A stretch of DNA of 64,000 nucleotides from Bacilli bacterium (GCA_017528315.1 JAFXOW010000028.1:421-64420); one strand, 5' to 3'; positions 1-9,950 are shown, numbered from the stretch's first letter. A program made the numbers and translations. The notes: generated from the sequence alone by a model not told the origin.

Positions 1-3000
1 GAAACAAGTGTCGAAGCAACAAAGGTATGGGATGACGCCGATAACCAAGATGGAATAAGAACAACAGTAACATTCCACTTAAATAAACAAGTAGAAGGTG
101 GAGAAGTAACTGTAGTAGAAGGTCAAGATAAGACAATTGCTTTAGATGCAGAAAGCTTAACAGTAACTTGGGAAAACTTACCAGCCTATGAAGGTGGAAA
201 GAAATTAACATATACAGTAACAGAAGATGAAATCGAAGGCTATACAACAGAAATCACTGGAAGTATGGAAGATGGTTATACAGTAACAAATACACATACA
301 CCAGAATTAAGAAATATAGAAGTAAGTAAGAATTGGGTAGATAATAGTAATCAAGATGGAATGCGTCCGGGAAGCATTAATGTAACACTATACAATGGAG
401 AAGAAAAAGTTGATAGTGCAGAATTAAATGAAGGAAATGGATGGAAAGTAGTATTTACAGGAGTACCAAAATATCAAGCAGGACAAATAATAGAATACAA
501 GTCCAGTGAAGATAAAGTACCAGAAGGATATACTGAGAGTGGTGGTACAATGGAAGTAGATGCTAATGGAAATGCAACAATTACAATAACAAATACTCAT
601 GAAACAGAAAAGATAAGTATAACAGTAAAGAAAGCATGGAATGATGCAGATAATCAAGATGGAGTAAGACCAGAAAGTGTAGTAGTACAATTGTATGCTA
701 ATGATAATCCATACGGAGAAAAAGAAACATTAGATGAATCAAATAACTGGAGTCATACATATAGAGATTTAGATAAGAAAGAATCAGGAGAAGATATAGT
801 ATATACAGTAAAAGAGGATGAAGTTGATAAATATACAACAGAAGTAAGTGATTTAACTGATGGAATTATAACTGTAACAAATACACATACACCAGAAAAA
901 ACAAGTGTTAAAGTATCTAAGGTATGGAATGATTCAGATAATCAAGATGGAATTAGACCAGCTAATGTAACTATTGAGTTATACGGAACTGATTTAGAAA
1001 AATCACTTAAGACAGTTATTTTAAGTGAAAGTAACAAATGGTCATATGAATTTACTGATCTTGATAAAAATGCTGCTGGTGAACTAATTAATTATACAAT
1101 TAAAGAAGTTGAAACAGATGTTATTACAGGAGAAGATACTGATAGTACTTACTCTTATGAAATAACTGGTTCAATTAATGATGGATTTGTAGTAACAAAT
1201 ACTCATACACCAATTGAAATTAGTTTAGATGTTGAAAAAGTATGGAAAGATGCAGATAACCAAGATGGATTTAGACCAGATGATATAAAAATTGAATTAT
1301 ATTCAAACGGTGAAAAAACAGATAAGACTTTAACTTTAAGTGATGAAAATAGTTGGAAAGGATCTTTTGATAGATTACCTAAAAACTCTAATGGTCAAGA
1401 AATAGAATATTCTATCAATGAGGTTTCTGTTGAAAATTATAAAGTAACTATTTCTCCTATTACAGATGGAAAAATTACAGTTACTAATGAACATACTCCA
1501 AATGTAATTAAGATTGTTGGAGAAAAAATTTGGATTGATTCTGACAATCAAGATGGAAAACGTCCAGAAAATATAACAGTTCATTTATTTGCTGATGGTA
1601 AAGAAATTAAGAGTCAAGAAGTAAAGGGTTCAGGTAATAATTGGACATATGAATTTACTGATTTACAAGAATATAGAGCTGGAAAAGTTGGAGAAAAGAT
1701 AGATTATACTGTAACTGAAGATGAAGTAGCAGATTATAGTACAAGTATTGATAAATTTACAATTAAAAATACTCATGAAAAAGAAACATTAGAAATATCT
1801 GGAACTAAAACTTGGAATGATGATAATAATCGTGATAATAAGAGACCAGATAGTATTACAGTTCATTTATTAGCTAATGGAGAAACAATTGATACTAAAA
1901 CAGTAACAGTAGGAGAAGATGGTAGTTGGACATATAATTTTGGAACTCATGACAAGTATAAAGCAGGAGTAATTATAAATTATACAATTACTGAAGATGC
2001 TGTTGAAGGTTACTCAACTGCTATCAATAACTTCGATATTACTAATACTCATACACCTGAAACTATAACAATATCTGGAACTAAAACTTGGGATGATGCA
2101 GACAATCAAGATGGAAAGCGTACTGATGATGTTACGATTATCCTAAAAGCAGATGGTGAAGAAATTAAGAGAACAACAGCTTCAGAATCTACAAATTGGG
2201 GTTATGAATTTACAGATTTACCAAAATATAAAACTGGAAGCGTTGGACAATTAATAAATTATACTGTTTCAGAAGTTGAAGTAGATGGTTATGAAACTGA
2301 AATAACAGGAAGTATGGAAGATGGTTATACAGTAACTAATAGTCATACACCAGAATTACTATCATTTACAGTAACAAAGAATTGGGAAGATTATGATAAT
2401 AATGATGGAATAAGACCTGAAAGTATAACTGTAAGATTATCTGCTAATGGAGAAGAAATTAAAACCTACGAGATTAGTAGTGAAAATAATTGGACTTATA
2501 CTTTCGTAGAATTACCAAGATATTGTGATGGAGAAGAAATTGAATATATAATTACAGAAGATGAAGTTGATGGTTATATAACAACTGTTTCTGAAAATGT
2601 AATTGTAGAAAATGACGATCAAACTATTACAATAAATAATACAATTACTAATACACATGAGAAAGAAAAAATTACTATTGAAGGTGTTAAAACTTGGGAA
2701 GACTTTGATAATGAATATAATTCTCGTCCAAATGAAATTACAATTTATTTATACAAAAAAGATGAATTATATAAGACAATTATTGTAACAAGTGAAACAG
2801 ATTGGAAATATGTAATTGACAATCTAGATAAATATGCTGATGGAGAAGAAATTACTTATACAATTAAAGAAGAGGCTGTTGAAGGATATGAAACAACCTA
2901 TGATGGATATAATATTTTAAATAAAATTATTTGGAATATTGGTGATGGAGAAGAAGAATTACCACCACAAACAGGTATTGAAATATCATTTAACAACGTA

Positions 3001-3069
3001 TTATACGTAATAATATCTGGAGTATTATTTATTCTAGGAAGTTACTTAAAACATGAAGAATCAAAATAA
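1..3069 (+). CDS. Wall-anchored surface adhesin with at least 10 tandem Cna-B-type repeats (5' end cut by window edge)
   Basis: Frame 1 is open from nt 1 (ETSVEATKVWDDADNQDGIR...) and joins the listed ORF 265..3069. The motif K-x-W-x-D-x-DNQDG-x-RP recurs every ~90-100 aa, followed by TNTHTPE-type linkers. The C-terminus has PPQTG (2962-2976), a hydrophobic stretch and a KHEESK tail, which together form a sorting signal. Confidence 0.9.
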   Translation, partial: ETSVEATKVWDDADNQDGIRTTVTFHLNKQVEGGEVTVVEGQDKTIALDAESLTVTWENLPAYEGGKKLTYTVTEDEIEGYTTEITGSMEDGYTVTNTHTPELRNIEVSKNWVDNSNQDGMRPGSINVTLYNGEEKVDSAELNEGNGWKVVFTGVPKYQAGQIIEYKSSEDKVPEGYTESGGTMEVDANGNATITITNTHETEKISITVKKAWNDADNQDGVRPESVVVQLYANDNPYGEKETLDESNNWSHTYRDLDKKESGEDIVYTVKEDEVDKYTTEVSDLTDGIITVTNTHTPEKTSVKVSKVWNDSDNQDGIRPANVTIELYGTDLEKSLKTVILSESNKWSYEFTDLDKNAAGELINYTIKEVETDVITGEDTDSTYSYEITGSINDGFVVTNTHTPIEISLDVEKVWKDADNQDGFRPDDIKIELYSNGEKTDKTLTLSDENSWKGSFDRLPKNSNGQEIEYSINEVSVENYKVTISPITDGKITVTNEHTPNVIKIVGEKIWIDSDNQDGKRPENITVHLFADGKEIKSQEVKGSGNNWTYEFTDLQEYRAGKVGEKIDYTVTEDEVADYSTSIDKFTIKNTHEKETLEISGTKTWNDDNNRDNKRPDSITVHLLANGETIDTKTVTVGEDGSWTYNFGTHDKYKAGVIINYTITEDAVEGYSTAINNFDITNTHTPETITISGTKTWDDADNQDGKRTDDVTIILKADGEEIKRTTASESTNWGYEFTDLPKYKTGSVGQLINYTVSEVEVDGYETEITGSMEDGYTVTNSHTPELLSFTVTKNWEDYDNNDGIRPESITVRLSANGEEIKTYEISSENNWTYTFVELPRYCDGEEIEYIITEDEVDGYITTVSENVIVENDDQTITINNTITNTHEKEKITIEGVKTWEDFDNEYNSRPNEITIYLYKKDELYKTIIVTSETDWKYVIDNLDKYADGEEITYTIKEEAVEGYETTYDGYNILNKIIWNIGDGEEELPPQTGIEISFNNVLYVIISGVLFILGSYLKHEESK

Positions 3070-3095
3070 GAAGGATATTAATCCTTCTTATTTCT
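3067..3095 (+). terminator. Hairpin plus short T-run after the adhesin gene (terminator or attenuator before the sortase)
   Basis: A 10-bp stem TAAGAAGGAT/ATCCTTCTTA (3067-3076 / 3081-3090) with loop ATTA, followed by TTTCT. Confidence 0.45.
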
Positions 3096-3112
3096 AAAAA
3101 TGGGGGTTAATC

Positions 3113-3850
3113 GTGAAAAAATATAAAAAAATACTTATAATTATTGGTATTATATTAATAATTGGTTTAATAGGATTTGTTGTTTATAAAAATAAGCAAG
3201 AATCGGAATTTAAAAAATTTATTTTAAATAATGATATAATAGAAGTAGATAATAATATAAATAAAGATACATATAATGAAGAAATCACTAATTTACAAAA
3301 CGAATATAACAATAAAGACATTGTTGGTACTTTAGAAATAGAAAATACTGACTATAAAGTACCTATCGTTCAAGGAAATGATAATAGTTATTATTTAAAT
3401 CATTTACCTAATAAAGAGTATAGTATAATGGGTTCTATATTTTTAGATTATAGAGTAAATATTAATGCTAGTCGTAAGTTATTAATATTTGGTCACAATT
3501 CTAGTATTTATGATATGCCTTTTAAAATACTTGAGAATTATTATGATTTAGATTATTTAAATAATCATAAAAATATTATTATTAAAACTAAAGATAAAGT
3601 AAGAACATATGAAATATTTTCTCTTTATATTGCGACTAGTGATTATAAATATATGAATGTCATATTTGATGATAATAGTTATCAAGAACATGTAAAGTAT
3701 TTAAAGGATAAATCAATGGTTAATATTGATACTAATATCTCATCTAATGATAATATATTAATACTTCAAACGTGTAGTACTCATAAAGATTATTTAAAAT
3801 ATAAAAAGAAGTATTTAGTTATTGCTTTTCACGAAATTAATGTAAATTAG
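3113..3850 (+). CDS. srtB: Class B sortase
   Basis: GTG start 6 nt after GGGGG. It has an N-terminal membrane anchor, a catalytic His context (LLIFGHNSS) and a Cys context (ILILQTCS). Size and layout fit SrtB. It sits directly downstream of a PPQTG substrate. Confidence 0.8.
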   Translation: MKKYKKILIIIGIILIIGLIGFVVYKNKQESEFKKFILNNDIIEVDNNINKDTYNEEITNLQNEYNNKDIVGTLEIENTDYKVPIVQGNDNSYYLNHLPNKEYSIMGSIFLDYRVNINASRKLLIFGHNSSIYDMPFKILENYYDLDYLNNHKNIIIKTKDKVRTYEIFSLYIATSDYKYMNVIFDDNSYQEHVKYLKDKSMVNIDTNISSNDNILILQTCSTHKDYLKYKKKYLVIAFHEINVN

Positions 3851-3875
3851 AGTGTCAAATTGATGCTCTTTTTTT
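3849..3875 (+). terminator. Weak intrinsic terminator after the sortase
   Basis: AGAGTGT / ATGCTCT stem (7 bp including 2 G-U pairs), 7-nt loop, then T6. Confidence 0.35.
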
Positions 3876-3925
3876 GTAAATTTAGTAATTTGTAAAAATT
3901 TGTCATAAAAAAAGTTAATTTTATC

Positions 3926-3954
3926 TTTTTTTTTTATTAATTTTATGATATTAT
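3926..3954 (+). promoter_or_regulatory. Candidate promoter of the capsule operon: extended -10 preceded by a T10 tract
   Basis: TGaTATTAT at 3946-3954. A T10 homopolymer (3926-3935) occupies the -35 region. The same 18-nt string TTTATGATATTATATTAA recurs upstream of murD (23.24 kb). Confidence 0.35.
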
Positions 3955-3995
3955 ATTAAAGAAATATGTAAAAAGAAAGGAATTAAAAAGGCAGT

Positions 3996-4673
3996 ATGGA
4001 AGAAGTAGATTTAAAGGAATTATTTGTTTATTTTATTAAGAGAATATTAATAATAATAGTTGTTGTTGCTTTGTGTTTAATAACAGGTGTTGTTTACACA
4101 TTATTTATTAAGACACCACAGTATAAAGGAGATACAAGTATAATTTTAGTTAATAAAAATGATAATAGTAATCAAACAATGACCCAAAGTGATATTGTTT
4201 TAAATCAAAAATTAGTTGCAACTTATAGTCAAATAGTTAAAAGTAAAAAAGTTTTAAATCAGGTTATTACAAAATTAAATTTGAAATACAGTTATTCTGA
4301 GTTATATAGTCATGTAAACGTTTCTAATTATACCGATACTGAAATTATTAAAATAAGTGTTACTGATGAAAATGCTGAACTTGCAACTACGATTGCTAAT
4401 TCGGTAGCTGAGGTATTTAAAGAAGAAGTTAGTGAAATATATCATTTAGAAAATGTAACTATTATTGATAAAGCAGAAGTTTCAAAAAAACCATTTAATA
4501 TTAATTTGGTTAAAACAATAGGTGTTTGTTTTGTTGGTGGTCTAGCTATTTCATTTATGTTATTGTTTGTACTTTTCTATTTTGATACCAGCATTAAATC
4601 AAGTGAAGAAGTTGAAAAGAAACTTGGTATAGCCGTTATTGGTACTATTCCACATGTTGAAAAGAGAGGTTAA
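3996..4673 (+). CDS. cpsC: Polysaccharide chain-length determinant / tyrosine-kinase modulator (Wzz/CpsC/YveK family)
   Basis: Two TM segments (N- and C-terminal) flank a soluble loop. It lies immediately upstream of the CpsD-type kinase, which is the typical gene order. Confidence 0.8.
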   Translation: MEEVDLKELFVYFIKRILIIIVVVALCLITGVVYTLFIKTPQYKGDTSIILVNKNDNSNQTMTQSDIVLNQKLVATYSQIVKSKKVLNQVITKLNLKYSYSELYSHVNVSNYTDTEIIKISVTDENAELATTIANSVAEVFKEEVSEIYHLENVTIIDKAEVSKKPFNINLVKTIGVCFVGGLAISFMLLFVLFYFDTSIKSSEEVEKKLGIAVIGTIPHVEKRG

Positions 4674-4675
4674 TA

Positions 4676-5365
4676 ATGAAAGAATTAGTAGTAATAGAAA
4701 AGCCAAATTCTACATTTGGGGAACAAATGAAAAAAGTTAGAACTAACTTAATGTTTTCGAATTTAGATGATGATATGAAAGTTATAATGATTACGTCATC
4801 TATTCCAGGAGAAGGCAAAAGTTTTATTTCATCAAATTTAGCAGCAGCTTTTGCTCAAGCTAATGAAAGTACGTTGTTAATTGATTGTGATTTAAGAAAA
4901 GGAAGACTTAAGAAAATATTTAATATTCCGCCGGAAGAAAAAGGATTATCAGAATTATTGATAAATAAAAATTGGCAAGAGGAATATATTAAATATATTA
5001 ATAAAACAGATGTTAATAAATTGTTTGTGATGACTTGTGGAGTTTATCCACCTAATCCATCAGAATTACTTGCTAGTGATAAATTTAAAGATTTATTAGA
5101 TGTTTTGAAAAAGAATTTTCAAATAATTATTCTTGATTGTCCACCGATAGCAGGTCTTAATGATGCTTTTGTACTTGCTAAGAAATCTGATAGATGTGTC
5201 TTAGTTGCTAATTGTGAGAAGACAACCATGGATACTTTGGAAAAATCAGTAAATGAACTTCAAAAAATGGATGTTAAAATATCTGGAATAATTTTAAATG
5301 ATAGTGATATTAAAAATAATAAATATTATTATTATGGTCATTATTATAGAGATGAGAAAGATTAA
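4676..5365 (+). CDS. cpsD: Capsular tyrosine-protein kinase (BY-kinase, CpsD/CapB type)
   Basis: Walker A motif SSIPGEGKS, a DxD (LLIDCDLRKG), Walker B (IIILDCPP) and a C-terminal Tyr cluster YYYYGHYY. Confidence 0.88.
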   Translation: MKELVVIEKPNSTFGEQMKKVRTNLMFSNLDDDMKVIMITSSIPGEGKSFISSNLAAAFAQANESTLLIDCDLRKGRLKKIFNIPPEEKGLSELLINKNWQEEYIKYINKTDVNKLFVMTCGVYPPNPSELLASDKFKDLLDVLKKNFQIIILDCPPIAGLNDAFVLAKKSDRCVLVANCEKTTMDTLEKSVNELQKMDVKISGIILNDSDIKNNKYYYYGHYYRDEKD

Positions 5366-6126
5366 TGAAAGATATTCATAGTCATATATTATTTGATATA
5401 GATGATGGAGCTTATAATATCGAAGAAAGTATTGAAATTATAAAGCAAGCAATTAATAATAAATATACTGATATAGTATTAACACCACATTATAGAAAAA
5501 AACAAAATTTTACGGCAAACAATAAGATTAAATTAGAATTATTTAATAAATTAGTAGATAAAGTTAAAAAAGAAAATTTAAAAATTAATCTATATTTAGG
5601 TAATGAAATAACAGTTAATGAAGATTTAATTTATAATTTAAATACTAAACAAGTTTTAACTATTAATAATAGTAGATATTTATTATTAGAACTTCCATTT
5701 AAAGGAAAACGTAAATATTTAGATGAGTTATTAGATGAACTTATAGAAAATGGATATATGATAATTATAGTTCATCCAGAAAGATATAAGGATTATTATA
5801 TAAAAGATTATAAAAAAATGATATCTAAAGGAATATTATTTCAAGGTAATATAGAAACTTTATATGGAAAGTATGGAAGATCAGTTAAATTAAAGTTAGA
5901 AAATATGTTAAAGAAACATATGATTCATTTTATGGGAAGTGATATTCATAAATCTTATGATATTACTTATGAAAGAAATATTAAAGAAAAATTAGAACAT
6001 TTACTAAATGATGAGATAATGGTAAATGATTTAATAAATAAAAATATTGATAAGGTTATTAAAAATAAAGAAGTAAAACCTTATCCAATTATAGAAAATA
6101 AAAAAATAAAAATATTTAATAAATAG
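5365..6126 (+). CDS. cpsB: PHP-family protein-tyrosine phosphatase (CpsB/Wzh type)
   Basis: N-terminal IHSHILFDIDDGA, plus VHPERY and GSDIH motifs. ATG overlaps the cpsD stop (TAATG). Confidence 0.85.
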   Translation: MKDIHSHILFDIDDGAYNIEESIEIIKQAINNKYTDIVLTPHYRKKQNFTANNKIKLELFNKLVDKVKKENLKINLYLGNEITVNEDLIYNLNTKQVLTINNSRYLLLELPFKGKRKYLDELLDELIENGYMIIIVHPERYKDYYIKDYKKMISKGILFQGNIETLYGKYGRSVKLKLENMLKKHMIHFMGSDIHKSYDITYERNIKEKLEHLLNDEIMVNDLINKNIDKVIKNKEVKPYPIIENKKIKIFNK

Positions 6127-6142
6127 TATAGGGGAATGTAGT

Positions 6143-6811
6143 ATGAATGGAACATTAGAATTAGAAAATGTAGTTACAGGTTTTGGTATAAGAAAGAAAG
6201 TATATAAAATAACTAAAAGAAGTTTCGATGTACTTATGGCAATGTTGGGTGTTATTGTAATGATACCAATTATTTTAGTTATAAAAACTAGTTATTTATT
6301 ATCTGGAGATAAAAAGTCAATTTTTTATAAGCAGATACGTATAGGAAAAGATGGTAAAAAATTTGAACTATTTAAATTTCGTAGTATGGTTTGGAATGCT
6401 GATGAAATATTAAAGGAGTTATTAAAAGAAAAAAAATATAAAGAAGAGTGGGATAGATATCAAAAGATTAATAATGATCCAAGAATTACCAAAGTTGGTA
6501 ATTTATTAAGAAAAACATCTCTTGATGAGTTGCCTCAGATGATTAATATTTTAAAAGGGGATATGTCTTTAATTGGACCTAGGCCACTTATTGAAGGAGA
6601 ACTTGATGAACATCATGGGAATCATGAAATATATGAGAAAGTAAGACCAGGGTTAACTAGTTGGTGGGCAGCTAACGGACGTTCTAATATAGAATATGAA
6701 GATAGATTAGCACTTGAATATTATTATGTTAATCACATGAGTTTTCTATTAGATATTAAATGCATTATAAGGACTGTTAAGGTTGTATTTAAGAAAAGTG
6801 GAGCTAAATAG
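6143..6811 (+). CDS. Undecaprenyl-phosphate sugar phosphotransferase (small bacterial sugar transferase, priming enzyme)
   Basis: FKFRSM...DPRITKVG..LRKTSLDELPQMINILKGDMSLIGPRP is the canonical Bac_transf signature. There is a single N-terminal TM. Confidence 0.85.
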   Translation: MNGTLELENVVTGFGIRKKVYKITKRSFDVLMAMLGVIVMIPIILVIKTSYLLSGDKKSIFYKQIRIGKDGKKFELFKFRSMVWNADEILKELLKEKKYKEEWDRYQKINNDPRITKVGNLLRKTSLDELPQMINILKGDMSLIGPRPLIEGELDEHHGNHEIYEKVRPGLTSWWAANGRSNIEYEDRLALEYYYVNHMSFLLDIKCIIRTVKVVFKKSGAK

Positions 6812-6812
6812 T

Positions 6813-7862
6813 ATGAAAAAGATTAATTTAGAAAATAAAACGGTATTGGTAACTGGTTCATCAGGGTTTATTGGTTCAAATTTATGTTTAAGACTTTTAG
6901 ATGAATATAATAATATTAAAGTAATTGGTCTTGATAACATGAATAACTATTATGATGTGTCTTTAAAAGAATATAGATTATCAAAATTGAAAAAGTTTGA
7001 TAACTTTATTTTTGTAAAGGGAAATTTACAAGATAAAGAATTATTCGATAGCTTATTTAAGAAATATAAGTTTGATATAGTTGTAAACTTAGCAGCTCAA
7101 GCGGGAGTTAGATATTCTATTACTAATCCTGACTCTTATATTGAATCTAATATTATAGGATTTTATAATATTTTGGAATGTTGTAGAAATAATCCGGTAG
7201 AACATTTAGTATATGCATCATCTTCATCTGTTTATGGTGGAAATAAAAAGATTCCATTTTCAACAGATGATAAAGTTGATAATCCTGTTAGTTTATATGC
7301 TGCAACTAAAAAGAGTAATGAGCTACTTGCGCATTCTTATTCAAAATTATATAATATACCTTCGACTGGACTTAGATTTTTTACAGTATATGGTCCGGCA
7401 GGACGTCCTGATATGGCCTATTTTGGGTTTACTGATAAATTAATTAATGGAGAAAAAATTCAAATATTTAATTATGGAAATTGTAAAAGAGATTTTACTT
7501 ATATAGATGATATTGTCGAAGGAATAATTAGAGTAATGCAGGGTGCACCAGAGAAAGTTATAGGTGATGATGGATTACCAATACCTCCATATAATGTTTA
7601 TAATATAGGAAACTCTAATCCTGAAAATTTACTTAATTTTGTAACTATACTTGAGGAAGAGTTGGTAAGAGCTGGAGTTCTTTCAAGTGATTATGATTTT
7701 GAATCACATAAGGAACTTGTACCTATGCAATCAGGTGATGTACCTGTAACCTATGCGGATACAACACCACTTGAAAAGGATTATGGTTTTAAACCTAATA
7801 CGAGCTTAAGAGATGGATTAAGAAAATTTGCAGAATGGTATAAAGAATATTATATGAAGTAG
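6813..7862 (+). CDS. UDP-glucuronate 4-epimerase (SDR family; makes UDP-GalA)
   Basis: Start trimmed to the ATG at 6813 (GGAG 9 nt upstream). Motifs seen: VLVTGSSGFIGSNL, DNMNNYYDVSLKEYRL, AAQAGVRYS, YASSSSVYG, YAATKKSNE, TGLRFFTVYGPAGRPDMA. This matches the pattern I recall for Cap1J/LpsL-type epimerases. Confidence 0.75.
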   Translation: MKKINLENKTVLVTGSSGFIGSNLCLRLLDEYNNIKVIGLDNMNNYYDVSLKEYRLSKLKKFDNFIFVKGNLQDKELFDSLFKKYKFDIVVNLAAQAGVRYSITNPDSYIESNIIGFYNILECCRNNPVEHLVYASSSSVYGGNKKIPFSTDDKVDNPVSLYAATKKSNELLAHSYSKLYNIPSTGLRFFTVYGPAGRPDMAYFGFTDKLINGEKIQIFNYGNCKRDFTYIDDIVEGIIRVMQGAPEKVIGDDGLPIPPYNVYNIGNSNPENLLNFVTILEEELVRAGVLSSDYDFESHKELVPMQSGDVPVTYADTTPLEKDYGFKPNTSLRDGLRKFAEWYKEYYMK

Positions 7863-7868
7863 AAAGAG

Positions 7869-8729
7869 GTGAAGAGTATGAAGCAAAAGACAATTGATAT
7901 AATTTGCCCATTATACAATGCTTCTAATTATATTGAAAAGCTTCACAAATCTTTATTGAAACAAAAAAATATTTTTATCAATAAATTTAGATATGTGTTA
8001 ACTGAGAGTGATGATAATACTGAAAAATATTTAAAAGATAATAATATTAATTGTAGAAAAATAAAAAGAAAAGAATTTTCTCATAGTTTAGTTCGGGAGA
8101 GAGAAGCATTAGCAAGTGATGCAGATATAGTTGTATTTATTACTCAGGATATAGTTATTGAAGATGATCTTTGGTTATATAAATTAGTTAAAGATATAGA
8201 TGATACGAATATAGTAGCTACATATGCAAGACAAATATCTAAATTTAATAATATAGAAAAATATACAAGAGAATCTAATTATCCGGATAAGGATATAATT
8301 AAATCAAAAAAAGATATAGATAAATTAAGATTAAAAACGTTTTTCTTTAGTGATGCAGCTAGTGCGATAAATACAAAAGTATTTAAAGAATTAAATGGAT
8401 ATGATAATAAGAATTTACCAATTAGTGAAGATATGTATATTGCTTATAAAATTATTATGAATGGATATAAAATAAAATATTGTGCTAATTCAATAGTATA
8501 TCATTCTCATAACTTTACATTAAAAGAAATATATAAGAGATATAAATTAACAGGCAAGTTTTTTAAAGAAAATTACTATTTAGATAAATATGGAACCACT
8601 GGAAGTGGTGTAAATCTTGCTAAATATATTCTTAAAAGAATATTTCAAGAAAAAAGATTTTTACTTTTATTTCGATATCCATTTGATATGGCCGCTAGAT
8701 TAATAGGAATGGAAGTAGGGAAGAGATAA
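7869..8729 (+). CDS. Glycosyltransferase family 2
   Basis: IDIICPLYNASNYIEKL (GT2 N-terminus) and an SEDMY acidic motif. The real start is probably ATG 7878, downstream of AGAAAGAGG. Confidence 0.7.
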   Translation: MKSMKQKTIDIICPLYNASNYIEKLHKSLLKQKNIFINKFRYVLTESDDNTEKYLKDNNINCRKIKRKEFSHSLVREREALASDADIVVFITQDIVIEDDLWLYKLVKDIDDTNIVATYARQISKFNNIEKYTRESNYPDKDIIKSKKDIDKLRLKTFFFSDAASAINTKVFKELNGYDNKNLPISEDMYIAYKIIMNGYKIKYCANSIVYHSHNFTLKEIYKRYKLTGKFFKENYYLDKYGTTGSGVNLAKYILKRIFQEKRFLLLFRYPFDMAARLIGMEVGKR

Positions 8730-9940
8730 TGAAAAATAAAGATAATAAATTTAATGTATTAATTATAAATGATTATGATTATGTTCAAGGTGGTGCTTCT
8801 AAAGTTGCCATAGATACTGCTAATTTATTAGTTGAAAACTATTCAAATGTTAATGTTTATTTTTTTTCTGGATGTCATAATGAATCATGTAATTTAGATA
8901 ATAAAGTTATTAAAATATGTACTAATCAACAAGAAGCAATTAAAGATAATAATAAAATACGTGGCATTATAAATGGAATTTATAATTTTAAAGCTAAAAA
9001 AGAATTGAATATGTTACTAAAAGAGCTTCCTAAAAGTAATACAATCATTCATATTCATGGTTGGACAAAATGTTTATCAACTAGTATTTTTCATATTATT
9101 TTTAAAATGAGATATAAAGTTGTATTAACAATGCATGATTATTTTACTGCATGTCCAAATGGAGGATATTATAATTATAAAAAAGATAAAATATGCATTT
9201 ATAAACCAATGTCATTAAAATGTATATTTTGTAATTGTGATTCTAGAAATTATATAATAAAAATATATAGAATATTAAGACAATTTGTTCAGAATAAAAT
9301 TGTTAAGTTAAATGATAATATAGAAAATGTTATTGCAATTTCAGATTTTAGCAAACAAATTTTAAAGAAAACTTTAAATAAAAAGACTAAAATTTATCAA
9401 ATAAATAATCCTATTGATATTAGCAAGGATAATTTTAAGGTAGATATCACAAAAAATAAATATTTTTTATATGTTGGAAGAATTTCTAAAGAAAAAGGTG
9501 TAGATATTTTTTGTGATTCAATTACTGAATTAAATTTAGATGGTATTGTAGTTGGTGATGGTGAAGAAAGAGATAAACTAGAAAAGCAATATCCTGAAAT
9601 AAAATTTGTTGGTTGGAAAAGTAATAATGAAGTAAAAGAATATATGAAAAATGCTAAAGCTTTAATTTTTCCAAGTAAATTGTATGAAGGAGCACCTTTG
9701 ACAACTAAAGAAGCATTATCTTTAGGAATACCTTGTATTGTAAGCGATAATTGTGCTGCTAAAGATGATATATTAAATAATAATGGTTTGCTTTTTAATA
9801 TAGAAAAAAAAGATTTAAGTAAAAAAATATTTGAATTTATAAAAAATGAAATAAAATATACTAAAATAAAATTTGATATTAATGACAATTATGTTAATGA
9901 TATTTATAAATGTTATGATGAAATAATAAATAAAAAATAG
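8729..9940 (+). CDS. Glycosyltransferase family 4 (GT-B, GT1-like)
   Basis: C-terminal YVGRISKEKG ... PSKLYEGAPLTTKEALSLGIPCIVSD (EX7E-type region). Start overlaps the previous stop. Confidence 0.75.
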   Translation: MKNKDNKFNVLIINDYDYVQGGASKVAIDTANLLVENYSNVNVYFFSGCHNESCNLDNKVIKICTNQQEAIKDNNKIRGIINGIYNFKAKKELNMLLKELPKSNTIIHIHGWTKCLSTSIFHIIFKMRYKVVLTMHDYFTACPNGGYYNYKKDKICIYKPMSLKCIFCNCDSRNYIIKIYRILRQFVQNKIVKLNDNIENVIAISDFSKQILKKTLNKKTKIYQINNPIDISKDNFKVDITKNKYFLYVGRISKEKGVDIFCDSITELNLDGIVVGDGEERDKLEKQYPEIKFVGWKSNNEVKEYMKNAKALIFPSKLYEGAPLTTKEALSLGIPCIVSDNCAAKDDILNNNGLLFNIEKKDLSKKIFEFIKNEIKYTKIKFDINDNYVNDIYKCYDEIINKK

Positions 9941-9950
9941 AGGAGTAGTT

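Noticed and set aside
424-690. 88-aa minus-strand ORF (and a similar one at 1375..1584) inside the Cna-B adhesin gene
   Set aside because: It is antisense to a strongly supported repeat-protein ORF. The translation is low-complexity Ile/Phe/Tyr/Cys-rich text typical of reverse-strand reading of AT-rich coding DNA. No SD is present.
6749-6940. 63-aa minus-strand ORF spanning the junction of the sugar transferase and the epimerase
   Set aside because: It overlaps two well-supported plus-strand genes and has no RBS or motif.
7213-7443. 76-aa plus-strand ORF in an alternative frame of the epimerase gene
   Set aside because: It lies entirely within the UDP-glucuronate 4-epimerase ORF, whose frame carries the diagnostic motifs (YASSSSVYG, YAATKKSNE).
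9397-9888. 163-aa minus-strand ORF
   Set aside because: It is antisense to the GT4 glycosyltransferase C-terminal domain, which has the EX7E-type motif. Long antisense ORFs are expected when stop codons are rare on the complementary strand.
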